From Macrostomum lignano (Eukaryota): 64,000 bases of DNA. The notes beneath the pieces are model-generated. The model ran no database searches, was not told the origin of the DNA, and saw only the letters and a program-made list of their open reading frames with translations. Made by a program: the position numbers and the translations under genes. Below, piece after piece: positions 1 through 13,794 of this stretch (position 1 is its first letter; the number at the start of each line of letters is the position of its first letter). The stretch is taken from positions 248,001-312,000 of the forward strand of contig NIVC01000184.1 of NCBI GenBank assembly GCA_002269645.1. The letters run 5' to 3'.

Positions 1-1075
1 GGGATTAGGATCTGGGATTAGGGATATGGGATTAGAGATCTGAATTAGGGATCTGGGATTAGTGATCTTGGATTAGAATCTAAGATTAGGGATCTGGGAT
101 TAGAGATCTGGGATTAGAGATCTGGGATTAGAATCTGGGATTAGAATCTGGGATTAGAATCTGGGATTAGGGATCTGGGTTAGGGATCTGGGATTAGTGA
201 TCTTGGATTAGAATCTGAGATTAGGGATCTGGGATTAGAGATCTGGGATTAGAGATCTGGGATTAGAATCTGGGATTAGAATCTGGGATTAGAATCTGGG
301 ATTAGCGATCAGGGATTAGAATCTGGGATTAGCGATCAGGTATTAGAGATCTGGGATTAGGGATCTGGGTTAGGGATCTGGGATTAGGATCTTGGATTAG
401 TGATCAGGTACTAGAGATCTGAGATTTAGGGATCTGGGTTAGGGATCTGGGATTAGTGATCTTGGATTAGAATCTGAGATCAGGGATCTGGGATTAGAGA
501 TCTGGGATTAGAGATCTGGGATTAGAATCTGGGATTAGAATCTGGGATTAGAATCTGGGATTAGCGATCAGGGATTAGAATCTGGGATTAGCGATCAGGG
601 ATTAGAATCTGGGATTAGCGATCAGGTATTAGAGATCTGGGATTAGGGATCTGGGTTAGGGATCTGGGATTAGGATCTTGGATTAGTGATCAGCTACTAG
701 AGATCTGGGATTTAGGGATCTGGTTAGAGATCTGGGTTAGGGATCTGGGTTAGGGATCTGGGTTAGGGATCTGGGTTAGGGATCTGGGTTAGGGATCTGG
801 GTTAGGGATCTGGGTTAGGGATCTGGGTTAGGGATCTGGGTTAGGGATCTGGGTTAGGGATCTGGGTTAGGGATCTGGGTTAGGGATCTGGGTTAGGGAT
901 CTGGGTTAGGGATCTGGGTTAGGGATCTGGGTTAGGGATCTGGGTTAGGGATCTGGGTTAGGGATCTGGGTTAGGGATCTGGGTTAGGGATCTGGGTTAG
1001 GGATCTGGGTTAGGGATCTGGGTTAGGGATCTGGGTTAGGGATCTGGGTTAGGGATCTGGGTTAGGGATCTGGGA
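1..1075 (+). repeat. Telomere-like minisatellite; variant GGGATTAG(A/G)GATCT units grading into a homogeneous 13-bp GGGTTAGGGATCT array
   Basis: Direct reading. About 722-1075 is a near-perfect 13-bp array containing TTAGGG; 1-720 has degenerate 12-14 bp variants. Truncated by the window start. Confidence 0.95.
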
Positions 1076-1834
1076 TTATTTGTCTGGATTAAGAGTAGAA
1101 TCATAAATATAAAATCCTTAAACTAAGCAGGGAGCTCTAATCTAAATCTACTTGAAATTCTTCTCAAGCAGCACGCGGAGCAATAGAGCTGGAGAATCAA
1201 AGCTCGAATGAAAATTTAATTTAGGGTAGGAGAGGGAGAATCTTTTTTACGATTCTTAAATTTAATTAAGACAATGCCCAGAAAGTTCTTTCGCAGGAAA
1301 TTCTGCTGTTTCAAAATTCGCAATGTAAGTTTTGGGCACCCTTGTCGCCAATGCCTGTTTTTGCCCAATTCTGCCCATGATCCATTGACTCCCTGAGCAC
1401 ACACACAAGCGCACCAATGCTGTACGCAGGCACAGCACTCGTACACACGCTCACGCAGGGTGTACAGTCGCCAAAAGGCTGCTTAAGGGTAGTCATGATA
1501 GTATAGAAAACAGAAAAAGGGACATAAAGAGGACAGATAGCTAGATAGGAAGATTCATTCCGCACAGAAATTGAAATCGGATATCGCTGATGCATGCATT
1601 GAATTGTGGAATTTCGCTCTGCCCATTGTCAGTTTTGGCAATGCATAATTGTATCAATAGTAGTACTCGTCTGCGTGTAACCGATTCTAGATTGAGTAGA
1701 AATATAATGCTCAACATCAGCTATTGTACGTACTTAGTCATTATAGCTATGAGTATTTTTGTGTCGATTATTTAGCTTCTCACTGATCTCTATAGTTGAG
1801 TACAAATTTACTAAATGATTTTATGTGGCAATAG

Positions 1835-2345
1835 TTCGATTTTTTTCGGACTTTAAAGAAAAGCGATGGATTCTAAAAATGTGACGTAATCTAAAAAAGC
1901 GATCAATTCCAGGAATGTGACAATTTCTAAGAAAGCGATCAATTGCAGGAATGTGACGAATTTTATGAAAGCGATCATTTACAGGAATGTGACGAATTCT
2001 AAGAAAGCGATCAATTCCAGGAATGTGACGATTTCTAAGAAAGCGATCAATTGCAGGAATGTGACGAATTCTAAGAAAGCGATCAATTCCAGGAATGTGA
2101 CGAATTCTAAGAAAGCGATCAATTCCAGGAATGTGACGAATTCTAAGAAAGCGATCAATTCCAGGAATGTGACGAGTTCTAAGAAAGCGATCAATTCCAG
2201 GAATGTGACGAATTCTAAAAAAGCGATCAATTGCAGCTAGAAAGGTGACGAATTCTGAGATACCAGTAGTGATCAAGTTGATATAGTTAACGAATTTCTT
2301 AGCAATTGATCAATTCCAAGAAGATAACGAATTCTAAGAAAGCGG
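1835..2345. repeat. 36-bp tandem repeat (AAGAAAGCGATCAATTCCAGGAATGTGACGAATTCT)
   Basis: Direct reading; 12-aa periodicity in the spurious ORFs 1821-2276 and 1917-2240. Confidence 0.95.
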
Positions 2346-3839
2346 AAGCGATGTTTGTATATTCAAGGGTTCATCTACGGTTTCAAGAACACGAAAATTT
2401 TAATACATAATAACCGAACCGATGTACTTTAAGAATTGCGACTAGGCCACTCTAAATCTCTGGGACTTCTTGATTCTCAAACTTCTTAAAAATATTAATA
2501 GTAAGAACAGTTGACCCAGTAATGCCCTGGGGACAGACGGCTGCAGTTGGTGCAAGGGTTTCACAAGGTCGGAATTTCACAGCGCCTAAAACTACTGCAT
2601 GTTTTTTGTCATATCAAGTTTTCGAATAGGTTTCTTTTAGATCTGGACAAGGAGCACTATAACTAGATTTCCGGAGTGGATCATCGATCCTTTCTAAATA
2701 TTACATCCTATATTTGAACTTTTTCGTTTCGAAAAATCTTCTTTAAACTTTTACAGTTCCTTGGGTGAAATCCATTTCTCGTCTTTCCTTTCTACCTTTA
2801 GAAAGTTTTTGGAACTGAAAGGATTAAGCGAAGACGGCGAGGCAAGGGAATGACGAGCGGATTAGAATGATGAGAATTTCTAGATGAGGTCAGATTTTCA
2901 AAGAATTTCTTTGCGCAATGTCTATTTTACCGTTTGTCGGAGGGATATCGTCATCAGTGAGATTAAGTCGTAAATGATAAAAAACACTACTCCGTCTTAG
3001 CCTATACCTTGTCTAGCTAAATAAAGCAAAAAAAGTTTTAGTTGAAATGAGCTGCAGTTTATGTGACTGCCGTGGCCAGATATTTTCCACAGTATAGCTC
3101 TAATTAAGCTCCACAGTTGGTTTTAAGCTCAATTTCTCTCTCAGGGTTCCGTCTTTTTGCCAGGTATTCTGTCTGTCAGTCACAGTCAAGTCAGCGAAGC
3201 TGTCAGTCAGTCAGTCAGTCAGGCCTGTGACTTCCTAGCGTGCGTGCGAGAAAAAACTGTAGATTCCTCTCCGCCCCCTCCCTCTCTCTCCAGCTCTCAA
3301 GCTACTCCAAGGCTCATTAGAACGCCGAGGCCTGGCAAATTTTTACCAATCGCTAAGTGAATTATGCAAACGACGCAGAACAGGGGCAATGGAACGCGCA
3401 GGGCTGTGTACTCAAAATAATCCAGTGCAGCTCACGGAACCTTCGGGTTTCTCTACCGCTCTCAGATGAACAATTATCTTACCGCTCCGATAATAGAGAA
3501 TGTTTTTACATCGCTTTTCCTCACTGATCCACCCTCTGCTAAACATCCGCAAACTATATGCAGCCCATTTCCGTGTTTCATCGCAGGAGACTTGTGTGCA
3601 GCGATACTGGGAAGTGAGGGGATCGGCAGTGAGGCCCGGTCCAGAGCCAACCGCTGCCTTCGCAACGAATCGGCAAGCTGAGGCATCCAATCGGCGGGCG
3701 TGCAAGCCAATTGGTCCGGCCATCTGAAGCTCTCCTGAAGCCGTCAATCGAACTGGCTGTCTCAGCTTTAAAGCTTCTGAATAAACTCAACGCTCTCTGT
3801 TACCATATGCGACGCCAAACTGTTTTCCCGAGACCGAGG

Positions 3840-6402
3840 ATGACATTGTTCAATCTAGCTGGACTACTGTTGACGGCTCTGCTCGCTTCTGTCAGGGCGG
3901 GCTCGGGCAAGTATAACATCAGCTACTCTGTGCTGGAGGAGACCGACGGTCCAGCGCTGATTGGAGACCTCGCTGGCGATCTCAACCTGCTCCGTTTCTA
4001 CAGTTCGGACAATTTAGCCAAGAAACGTGTCGAATTTTTGCGCACTAGTCCGGATTATAACTCGCACTTTCGGGTGAGAATTGTGCCTGGCAAAGCTGGC
4101 GGTACGGTTAGGCACGAGCTGATGCTGGTGAAACGTCTGGACAGAGAACTGGTGTGCAAGGACTCCGCTCTGGCCTCTGAATGCTATCTGGCGCTCAGCT
4201 GCTCAGTGAAGCCGTACGACGATCCAATTCTTCTATTCACCGTTCGCATCTTCGTGCTAGACGTGAACGACAATGCCCCAGTTTTCGACCCGGCTCAGAA
4301 CACGGTGCAATTCAGCGAGGCGGATCTGGTCGGCTCGAGGAAGCCGATTCCTCACGCTGCTGATGCGGATAGCGGACCGAACGCTCGAGTTGCTTACGCG
4401 TTGGCAACGCCGTCAAATCATTTCCGCGTCGACAGCGACTCACAGACGCAGGTATACCTGACTCTGGCCTCACCGCTCGACCGAGAAACAGTCGCTTCCT
4501 ACAGTCTAAACGTGTCGGCCACTGACTTTGGTGACGTCCCACTGACCGGCTACCTGCAGCTCAGCGTAGTCGTCACTGACACAAACGACTGCTTCCCAGT
4601 GTTCGATCGCGAATCCTATCACGCAAAAGTTGTAGAGAACTCCATGCCGAAGCCGGTCCTGACGGTGCACGCTACTGACGGCGACATTGGCGAGAACGGC
4701 CGAGTGAAGTACCAGCTGGCATCGGACACGCTGTCTAGGGTTCATCGATTCGTTGAAGTTGGTCTAGAGGACGGCGCTGTCTCGCTCAGACGACCGATCG
4801 ATCGCGAGGAGCTCGCCGTGCTGGAGTTTCAGGTGCGCGCCGTTGATGGCGGATCGCCGGCCAAGACCAGCGTAGCGACAGTGCAGCTGAGAGTGCTCGA
4901 CTTGAACGACTGCCCACCGCGAATTGAACTGCCGGCTAGGCGGACGGGCGTCTTTGAGAACCGTCAGCCAGGGACGGTGGTGTTGTCTTTCACCGTCAAG
5001 GACGATGATTTGGGCATCAACGGCAGTGTGCAGTGCAAACTCGATCAAGGGGCTCGGTCCGAGTTCGAAGTGAAAGAGTACGATAGGAAGCTGAGACTGT
5101 TTCAAATTCTCACGAGGGACGAGCTGGACAGAGAGGCGAAAGACACCTATTCAGTGGTGATTCGCTGCACTGACGGCGGCGGAATGGAGTCCCGAGAAGG
5201 CCTCACCATATTTGTCGAAGACGAAAATGACCATCAGCCGAGATTTGTACAGACCACGCTTTTTCGTTCGGTGCCTGAGAATTGCGCCCTGGGTCACGTG
5301 ATTGCTAACCTGTCAGCCACAGACGGTGACATTAACGAGAACGGCCTGATCAGCTACTATATTCAACGAGATCCAGCTGTACCGGAGACTAACAGCTTCG
5401 ATGTCACCCGCCACGGTGGCACCGTCACTGTATCCAAGCGCCTCGACCGGGAGGCGCGATCGAGCCTGACTCTGTTTGTCGAAGCCCGGGACAACGGCAA
5501 GATCTATCAGTTCTCGGCAACTGCAACTCTCTACATTGAAATCAAGGATGTCAACGATGTTGCGCCGATTCTGCCGCCGTCGGTCGATTTCTCCGTGGAG
5601 GAGAACGGACCCCCGGGGATCAAGCTGGGCCCGGTGCGAGCCACCGATCCTGACACGGACGATGGTGGTAGAATCGCGTTCTACGGCGGCGACAAAGACT
5701 CCTTCGCCGTCACAGAGGACGGCTACTTAGTTGCTAAGCAAAGTTTCGATCGCGAAACCAAAGCATCTTACGTTGTCCAGGTGTTTGCGAGGGACTTTGG
5801 CAAGCCCAGTCTGACCTCATCAACTTTGGCCACGGTGAAGATTATGGACCGCAACGACTGCCAGCCGCAGTTTATTTTCCCCTACAGCAGCGACAACTTC
5901 TCGGTGTCTGTGCATGAACAGCCCGGCTACCTGATTCTCAAAGCCGTCGCCAAGGACGCCGATGAAGCGGGAGACAACAGCCGGATTCGCTACCGGCTTG
6001 AGCAGAAATCCGGCCTGTTTTCTGTGTCCGAGGACACCGGCAAGCTTCAGGTTAATGCGCCAATGCGACTGTCCGATCTAGGCAGTCATCGCCTGATTAT
6101 CCACGCAGCCGACTGCGGCGTGCCCCGGCTGGAGACGTCGGTGTCAATTTACATCACCCTGCAGGATACGCCGGCATTGGAACAGCGCAGTAGTTCCATA
6201 GGCAACGGAGACGGCGGCGGTTCGGGAAGTTTCGGCACAGCGGCGGTAGCAGTGCTGGTGACCCTGACCGTGCTGCTTCTGGTGCTCATCGTCTGCGTAC
6301 TGCTGTTCGTGCTGCAGCGACGGCGGGCTCTCCTAGCCGCTGCGTCCGGCGGCCAGAACTCGTTGGGCTGTGTTGGAGAGTACAAATTCCTGCAACGACG
6401 AC
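3840..6402 (+). CDS. Protocadherin (7 cadherin repeats, delta-like), exon 1: signal peptide, EC1-EC7, TM, juxtamembrane
   Basis: ATG 3840 begins a hydrophobic signal (MTLFNLAGLLLTALLASVRAG). Recurrent xEN, DxD, LDRE and DxNDxxPxF calcium motifs define 7 repeats. EC1 has the protocadherin-type Cys pair (LVCKDSALASEC). TM AAVAVLVTLTVLLLVLIVCVLLFVL. Donor GTAAGT at 6403 (phase 1). Confidence 0.93.
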
Positions 6403-8424
6403 GTAAGTAAATCCTTGAAACGGTGTTTGAGCCTTAAACAAGCAAATAAAAGTTGCAAACAAATTAAATGTAAACCATGGGTTGTGGTGAATCGCTAATT
6501 TGTGGTGTATCTCACGCACGTGATTGTATACATTCACTGGGGTGCCAATAGCCCCCTGCTATCGAACTTCACTATGTTGGTAACTCAGCCCACTCGAACA
6601 TTTTAGTATAGTGGACTAGCAACCTGCGCCCCTCCGTAGGGGAGGCAACAATGAAAGGAATAAACATTTTAAAATAAACGGCATATACGTATGTATGTTT
6701 GCAGAAAAAATCGCGCCATCTGGCCTAAGATATGAGCCTTGGCTCAATGCGTCTGAGCAACCCCTCCCTATGAGCCTTGACATCTCAGCAATTCCCCAAT
6801 TCATCTTTTATGGTCTGATAGGGCGATTCTTTGACAGTACGACAAATTCGATTTCAACGTTTATGATCAATGAAAGTTCATCTGCAAAACGCTATCTAGT
6901 TTGACTGGTTGAAATGACAATTTAGAAAATTGCATGGAGTTACCAGAGTAACAGTTGGCAGCTTCTCCGCCTTAGGTGTTTAGATGGCTTCAGTGCAGTG
7001 TCACTCAGTTAGCCACTGTTCTTTGATCAGCATATTAAAATGAATCCCCTTGCTTATCTGTCTTCTAACGTGGAAACTTCCCCTTCAATCTGCGTCTATC
7101 TATCGGACGGCTTGACTTGAAGGATGCATGCTCTGAGCAATAATAAAATGCTAATTAACAACCTCGGGGCTTCTCAAACTGCTTGCTTGGGCTGCGGATT
7201 CTGGCAAGCATGACCAGCTGCATTCCAGATCCGCCAGACCAAGCAAAACATGTGGGTTTGTGTGTTACACTCCAATGCTTCTACTCCAGCTTGCACTGGG
7301 CCAACTATACTTGTGATGCATTCATTATTCAACTAAGTTGAAGTTAATCTCATTTTCTAACGACTGTTGGGGGGGATAAACTTTATGCTTTATTTAAATA
7401 AGCTGAAATTCTTGTTCATTAATTGTTAATTTTAAACTAGCAACAAGAACTAGAACGCCGGATCGTGTACGGTACTAGGCCATAAGTGAGTGTATTATAA
7501 AATATTTTAATAGTCAATATTTACTTGTTTGACTTGCGTTTATACTATACCAATTTCGTACTGTCACTCAATCTGCTATCCCTCTGATCTGTCATTTTAT
7601 CCACTCAGACTATCGTTAGCTAGCTTTCTACTCTGTGTCATCAGACTCTTGACAGTTACAAAACCCTTTTTGATCGTGTCTTCAGGAATTCTCTAGCTAC
7701 TGCATCACAAACAGGCCCGGCCCACTCAGTCACTTGTTCATCTGTTTGCACCAGCTACCACGAAAAGGCTCACCGGACCAAACTATCAAGCTGAATCTGC
7801 CTGTGCATTGACTGGCTGTGCCTATCCCCAGATGCATCTTTGATAGAAAAGGTCTATAAGCCAATCTCTCGGACATACAACACAGTCCCCAATTAGAAAG
7901 GGTGCTTGCGAAGTGCTTTAGCTATCCCCAGGTGTGTGGAGCAGGACTGCCTCTTCATAATAACGACTGGACAGTTTCCGTTAGAATAACCCTCATCCAG
8001 GAACCTCAACAATGAGTTTGGCTCTGGGGCCTCCCTAACCTGCACTCGCGCCTCATCTAGGCCATTATATTTTTCTGCGGCTGCTGGACACTCAGCGTCT
8101 CCCCTGCAGACACTCCACACCTTTCCCGCTCGGAGAGCAGATGGACACGCAAGCTCTGCTCAAAATGGCAAACTATATGGGAGGGGGCGCCGTGAGTTGA
8201 CTTGGGTATTTTTCCTCTCTGCTGCTTAGTTAAAAATAAATTTTGTGGCTTATATTTACGCTGGGGCGATTCGTAAAGCAAATATAGAATAGCACCGCAT
8301 TTAAGTTTATAGAATGATGGACAGCTTTTGCAGTACCTTGCATGTACAAGCTAGTTTTGGATTTCATGTGCGAACGTATTTGAGTTGATTGCTTCCGGGG
8401 AGAGCCCAAAGCACAGGGAATCAA

Positions 8425-8428
8425 GTAA

Positions 8429-8469
<41 letters not shown>

Positions 8470-8496
8470 TAGACAGAGGCAGTCAGACAGGCAGGC

Positions 8497-8531
<35 letters not shown>

Positions 8532-8558
8532 TAGACAGAGGCAGTCAGACAGGCAGGC

Positions 8559-8603
<45 letters not shown>

Positions 8604-8635
8604 GGCAGGCAGACAGACAGACAGACACAGACAGA
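8425..8635 (+). repeat. (GACA)n microsatellite with GGCA/GATA variants
   Basis: Direct reading. Confidence 0.95.
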
Positions 8636-9282
<647 letters not shown>

Positions 9283-10225
9283 ACGCACCGAAAGAAGCAG
9301 ACGAAGCGCAACTGTCTGAAAACTTCAAAATTGTTACAATCGTCAGAATAATTGAGGAAGAGAATTTCCCTTACATCGTCGCTGCAAAGTTACCCCCCCC
9401 CACTCGCCCCTCGCAAAAAAAGGACAGCGCACAGACGTGACTGACCACTGGAACGCCTGGGATCAAGCAAAACCGGTGTGGCCGCTCAGGGCTGCTCCAT
9501 CAGATGATGACAGTTTTGGTAGATTGTCAGCATGGGGGAGCGGCACGCTGCACCCTCGGCTTCATTGCTTCACCTTACCAACGGAAGCAGATGTTTCAAC
9601 ACCCCCTATATAGTAGAGGGCACACTGCACTGTGTTTCTGATGGAGCGGAACTGGCAACCTATTGTAGTTCAGCTGTAAAACTACTAGCTGAGGAAAACG
9701 CAGTGAAATACAACAGAATGCGACAGAAGCCTGCGGAGTCGCGGGTCTGAGGTTGGCTGTGGGTCTGAAGGCAAATAATTCGAACACACTGAAGCTATAG
9801 TTGCTTTTGCCAACTGTTTAGCTAGCGGGAACTGCCCGCATTCTCTCTCTGACGTCTGTCTCTCCCCTCTTGCCCTCCGTCTTTTAGAAAACATTTTCCT
9901 TTGGGATGGAGGCATTGATTTACGTTTACTGTGGCCGCGGGTTCCCTCTGGCCTGTAGCTCAGCTGTTTTATTACTCGGTGTGCATTGAAAACAAGCATA
10001 TTTTTTCACCGACCGTTTGTTGGTGCAGTGCCCTGTCCATTCCAACACAGTAGATTTCTTACAGCTGATTAACAGCAACTTTTTTTTGGGTTTAAGGTAC
10101 GAACAGAAATCTGATTTACCTTGTCAGGCTGTCTTCGCTTTTTGGGAGTTTTTTTACTTCAAGATTAATTTGTATAAGGCACAGATACGTTTTTGATGGA
10201 TTAGGATGCACTGAAGAGATAGATA

Positions 10226-10660
10226 GTGTCCTATAGTGTCCTGTTCTAGTGTTCGTAGTGTCCTAGTGTCCTGTCCTAATGTTCATAGTGTTCTAGTGTT
10301 CCAGTGTCCTAATGTCCCAATGTTCTAATTTTTATAAGTGCCCTGTCCTATTGTCCTAATGTCCTAAAGTTCCTAGTGTCCTGATGTTATAGTGTCCTAA
10401 TGTCCCAATATTCTGATGTTCTAATGTTCTAATGTCATAATGTCCTAAAGTCCTAGTGTCTTAGTTTCCTAATGTCCTAATGCTCTAGTGTCCTAACGTT
10501 CTAGTGTCCCAGTGTCCTAATATTCCTAGTGTCCTTATGTTCTAGTGTCCTAGTTTCGTAGTGTCCTAGTGTCTTAATGTCCCAATGTCCTAATGTCCTA
10601 ATGTTTCTAGTGACCTAGTGTCCTAATGTCCTAATGTCCCAGTGTCCTAATGTCCTAGGA
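10226..10660. repeat. Degenerate ~9-bp tandem repeat (TGTCCTA[A/G]N)
   Basis: Direct reading. Confidence 0.85.
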
Positions 10661-10979
10661 CATTCAAAGTTAAAAGCCTACAGAACAAAGACAGATTAGG
10701 CCATAGACAACACGAAAATATCTGACTGAGACAACCAAACCTGGAATTCGACATTCCAGGTTTGGCAAGTGTAATGACAAGTGTAACCTCAACAACAGCT
10801 TCTGTTGCTATTCTAAGCTATGCTGCTGCAGACCGCGTACAGTGGCTTGATTGAAGTATACTGGCTCTCTGTCGGGCATGTAGCCATAAAATGGGTAGAT
10901 GTAAAATTTTATATTACTGATCTATGCAACTGGGTGTGGCTTTTGAGAAATATGAACTAGAACTCGTGTTTGTCTTACA

Positions 10980-11608
10980 GTGCCTGTTTATCAGTCCATG
11001 TAAGTCTCAGTGCCTGTCTGTCACTGCCTGTCTGTCACAGTGCCTGTCTGTCACAGTGCCTGTCTGTCACATTTCCTGTCTGTCACAGTGCCTGTCTGTC
11101 ACAGTGCCTGTCTGTCACATTTCCTGTCTGTCACTGCCTGTCTGTCACAGTGCCTGTCTGTCACAGTGCCTGTCTGTCACAGTTCCTGTCTATCACAGTT
11201 CCTGTCTATCACAGTGCCTGTCTGTCACAGTGCCTATCTGTCACAGTGCTTATCTGTCACATTGTCTGTCTGTCACAGTGCCTGTCTGTCACATTTCCTG
11301 TCTGTCACAGTGCCTGTCTGTCACAGTGCCTGTCTGTCACATTTCCTGTCTGTCACTGCCTGTCTGTCACAGTGCCTGTCTGTCACAGTGCCTGTCTGTC
11401 ACAGTTCCTGTCTATCACAGTTCCTGTCTATCACAGTGCCTGTCTGTCACAGTGCCTATCTGTCACAGTGCTTATCTGTCACATTGTCTGTCTGTTACAG
11501 TGCCTGTCTGTCACATTGTCTGTCTGTCACAGTGCCTATCTGTCACAGTGCCTGTCTGTCACAGTGCCTGTCTGTCACAGTTCCTGTCTATCACAGTTCC
11601 TGTCACAG
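10980..11608 (+). repeat. 16-bp tandem repeat TGCCTGTCTGTCACAG with ~222-bp higher-order duplication
   Basis: Direct reading; duplicated variant blocks are visible in the ORF track. Confidence 0.9.
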
Positions 11609-12454
11609 ATCCGAAGCAATATTGGCCACTTTCCCAACAAGCTAGGGTGATCCAGTTTGCACACAAATTGGCGTGAGACCCAAGAGAGGTGACGGCAAAC
11701 AAAGTGCCGCTAGTTGGCGCAGCAAGGCTGTCGATTCCCACATTTCTGTTCCCACATTTCCAGACGGAGGGGACGGGGAGGAGGCCAGGGATTCCTTCGC
11801 CACCATCCCACCCCCCTTCGCTTTCCCATGCACTCTCGCTGCAGTCATGTCCGGTCCGGCAGTTGTGCCATCACAGCCGGCCCTGTCTCCCACTTCTGCG
11901 TTTCGGTCGCTGAACCGCTTCGCTGGAACTGATGGCACGCGCCCAGAGGCTTTGAGAACAAACAAACACCCCAGAGAGGCTGGGCCCCCCATCATCATCT
12001 CCAGCGCTAAAAGCGTGGTATTTACAACAGTTTCGCATCCTTCTTGAGTCGATCAACACCCCCACTCTAACTGGGACACGTTGCTCTGTGCACCCATGCA
12101 GCAGCCTCATAAGTGTTCGATGAAATCAATATCCAGCATTGAGAACGTTTAGTATTAAGAGCATAGTACGGTATTGGCTACGAGAAGTGATAGTTGAGAC
12201 AGACTGAGCCGATGTGGGGTTAAGTAGGCATCAGTGATGAGCTCAATCGCATGCGAGCGTGAATGGGTCTGCCCAATACAGGCCCCTTGTGTAGGCTGTC
12301 GTGTCTTTCAGTGTTTGCTCAGCTCTTAGGGATTCGATCCCCATCAGTCCGGATTCGCAACTCGGTGTCTTTTAGCCTGTCATGGCGCAGAAAAGACGCA
12401 CACAACAGCAGAGAGAATTTTACTAAATCTTACCGTCGTTTATGATTTAACTGA

Positions 12455-12700
12455 AAGGTCGGAGGTTCGATTCTCGATCCCACTCGGACCAATTTGCTTC
12501 AGTTGACCCAGCTGTAGAATGGGTGCCAGGATTAACTGGGGTAATTGAGGGTGTGTGTGGCGACCCCCGCAGTCCTTAGACTGAACAGCCGTACGCAGCC
12601 TTCAGATGCGCCACGCAATAGCTGCGGCTGAGCTGTCGGTTGCGCATCTGGCCGAATGGGTGCAGGCGTAATAAATTATTATCATTATTTTATTTTTAAT
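12455..12700 (+). mobile_element. tRNA-derived CORE-type SINE, copy 1 (5'-truncated)
   Basis: Pol III B-box GGTTCGATTC at 12464-12473; CORE-like TTGCTTCAGTTGACCCAGCTGTAGAATGGG; 3' hairpin CAGATGCGC/GCGCATCTG; AT-rich tail. Second copy at 60405-60633. Confidence 0.75.
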
Positions 12701-12813
12701 ATGGATCATTGAGACGATCCATTTAGACTAATCATCTCATTGGGTTCCATTTTTGTAAACTGAGGAGATTATCAAAGCTGCAAAAATACTTAAAATATGA
12801 TTACTTCGCACAG

Positions 12814-13013
12814 GCCAGAAGCACTCAGCTACTACCGCTGCTGCCAATTCTGCTGGGGCATCGGGATCCTCAACACTGCCAACTGGTGCTCTGGTTCGCC
12901 AGCCTCTGACGCTGAACATAGACGACGACAACGGGAATAATAGCGGTTCAGCGTCTGTTGACTTCAAAACAGGCGACAATGTCTACTGCAGCAATCCGTA
13001 CTTTTGCACCTGA
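12814..13013 (+). CDS. Candidate terminal (cytoplasmic) exon of the protocadherin
   Basis: Acceptor ttacttcgcacag|12814, phase-1 compatible with exon 1. Only this frame stays open for 65 codons (QKHSATTAAANS...DNVYCSNPYFCT*). No transcript evidence. Confidence 0.55.
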
Positions 13014-13794
13014 TTTGGCTCGGCTTGGGTAAGTGGTAAGCCAATGGATTTTTTTATGGCTCTTTCTAACATGAATCAGCATGCTTGATCGTCTAAAAGT
13101 ACACAAGAAACAGGCCCATAAACACAGACATGAGGGTGCTATTCGCGGGTGATAATGGGGCAGGGAAAGGGCATTATTGCACTTTTAAAATCATAGTAAG
13201 ATTTCGTTTAAAGCGCTTTGATTCTGGTATCTTTTTGACCATATAAATAAGACTTTATTCAAACAAAACGATACTTCATATTCTCCTCCTACAAACAAGC
13301 ACGAGTGATGTTAAGAAAAACATATGGCTTTTTTGAGTCTCCAATTATAGTCTATGGCTTATACTGCCGTAGTCTATGGCCATGATTTTCTTCAAGGGCG
13401 GTATATTGTACCATAGACATTTGTGCCACTGAAATCACACTACCCCAGTGCAACATTCAGTGTGGGGGTTGCGGCCATAGACTGTTCAATTCTCGGGTAC
13501 ATAAGTTACTGAGAAAGGTCTGCCGGTTTTTGAACTTCTGTAGACTCTACAAAAAACCTTACAAACGTATTATAAGCTATATTGATTTTTCGAATGACTG
13601 TCATTAAGGGGGTTATGCTTACACTTTGTTCATTCCCCCATCTCCCAGACCCCAATCAGCTAGCAATTGTGCTGCGGGGTAATATGTCATGCCTTCAGGC
13701 CCATGACGAGAATACGTCTGTTTAAAAGATAAAATCAATTTTTTTGCTCTTTTTGTAAGGGCACAGAAAAGCCTAATCCTAAATTATTTTTTTT

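Noticed and set aside
1-1075. True chromosome end
   Set aside because: TTAGGG is interrupted by ATCT in every unit, and strand orientation is wrong for a left terminus.
3711-3839. ORF-track start of the protocadherin at GTG 3711
   Set aside because: ATG 3840 directly precedes a typical signal peptide; the upstream extension lacks an ATG-initiated signal.
7890-8281. Minus-strand protein-like fragments (…FLDEGYSNGNCPVVIMKRQ…)
   Set aside because: Short, frame-broken and without a recognisable motif; probably decayed TE. Needs a tblastx search.
12455-12480. tRNA gene
   Set aside because: Only a B box and T-arm-like segment is present, with no A box or cloverleaf, and it is fused to a SINE body.
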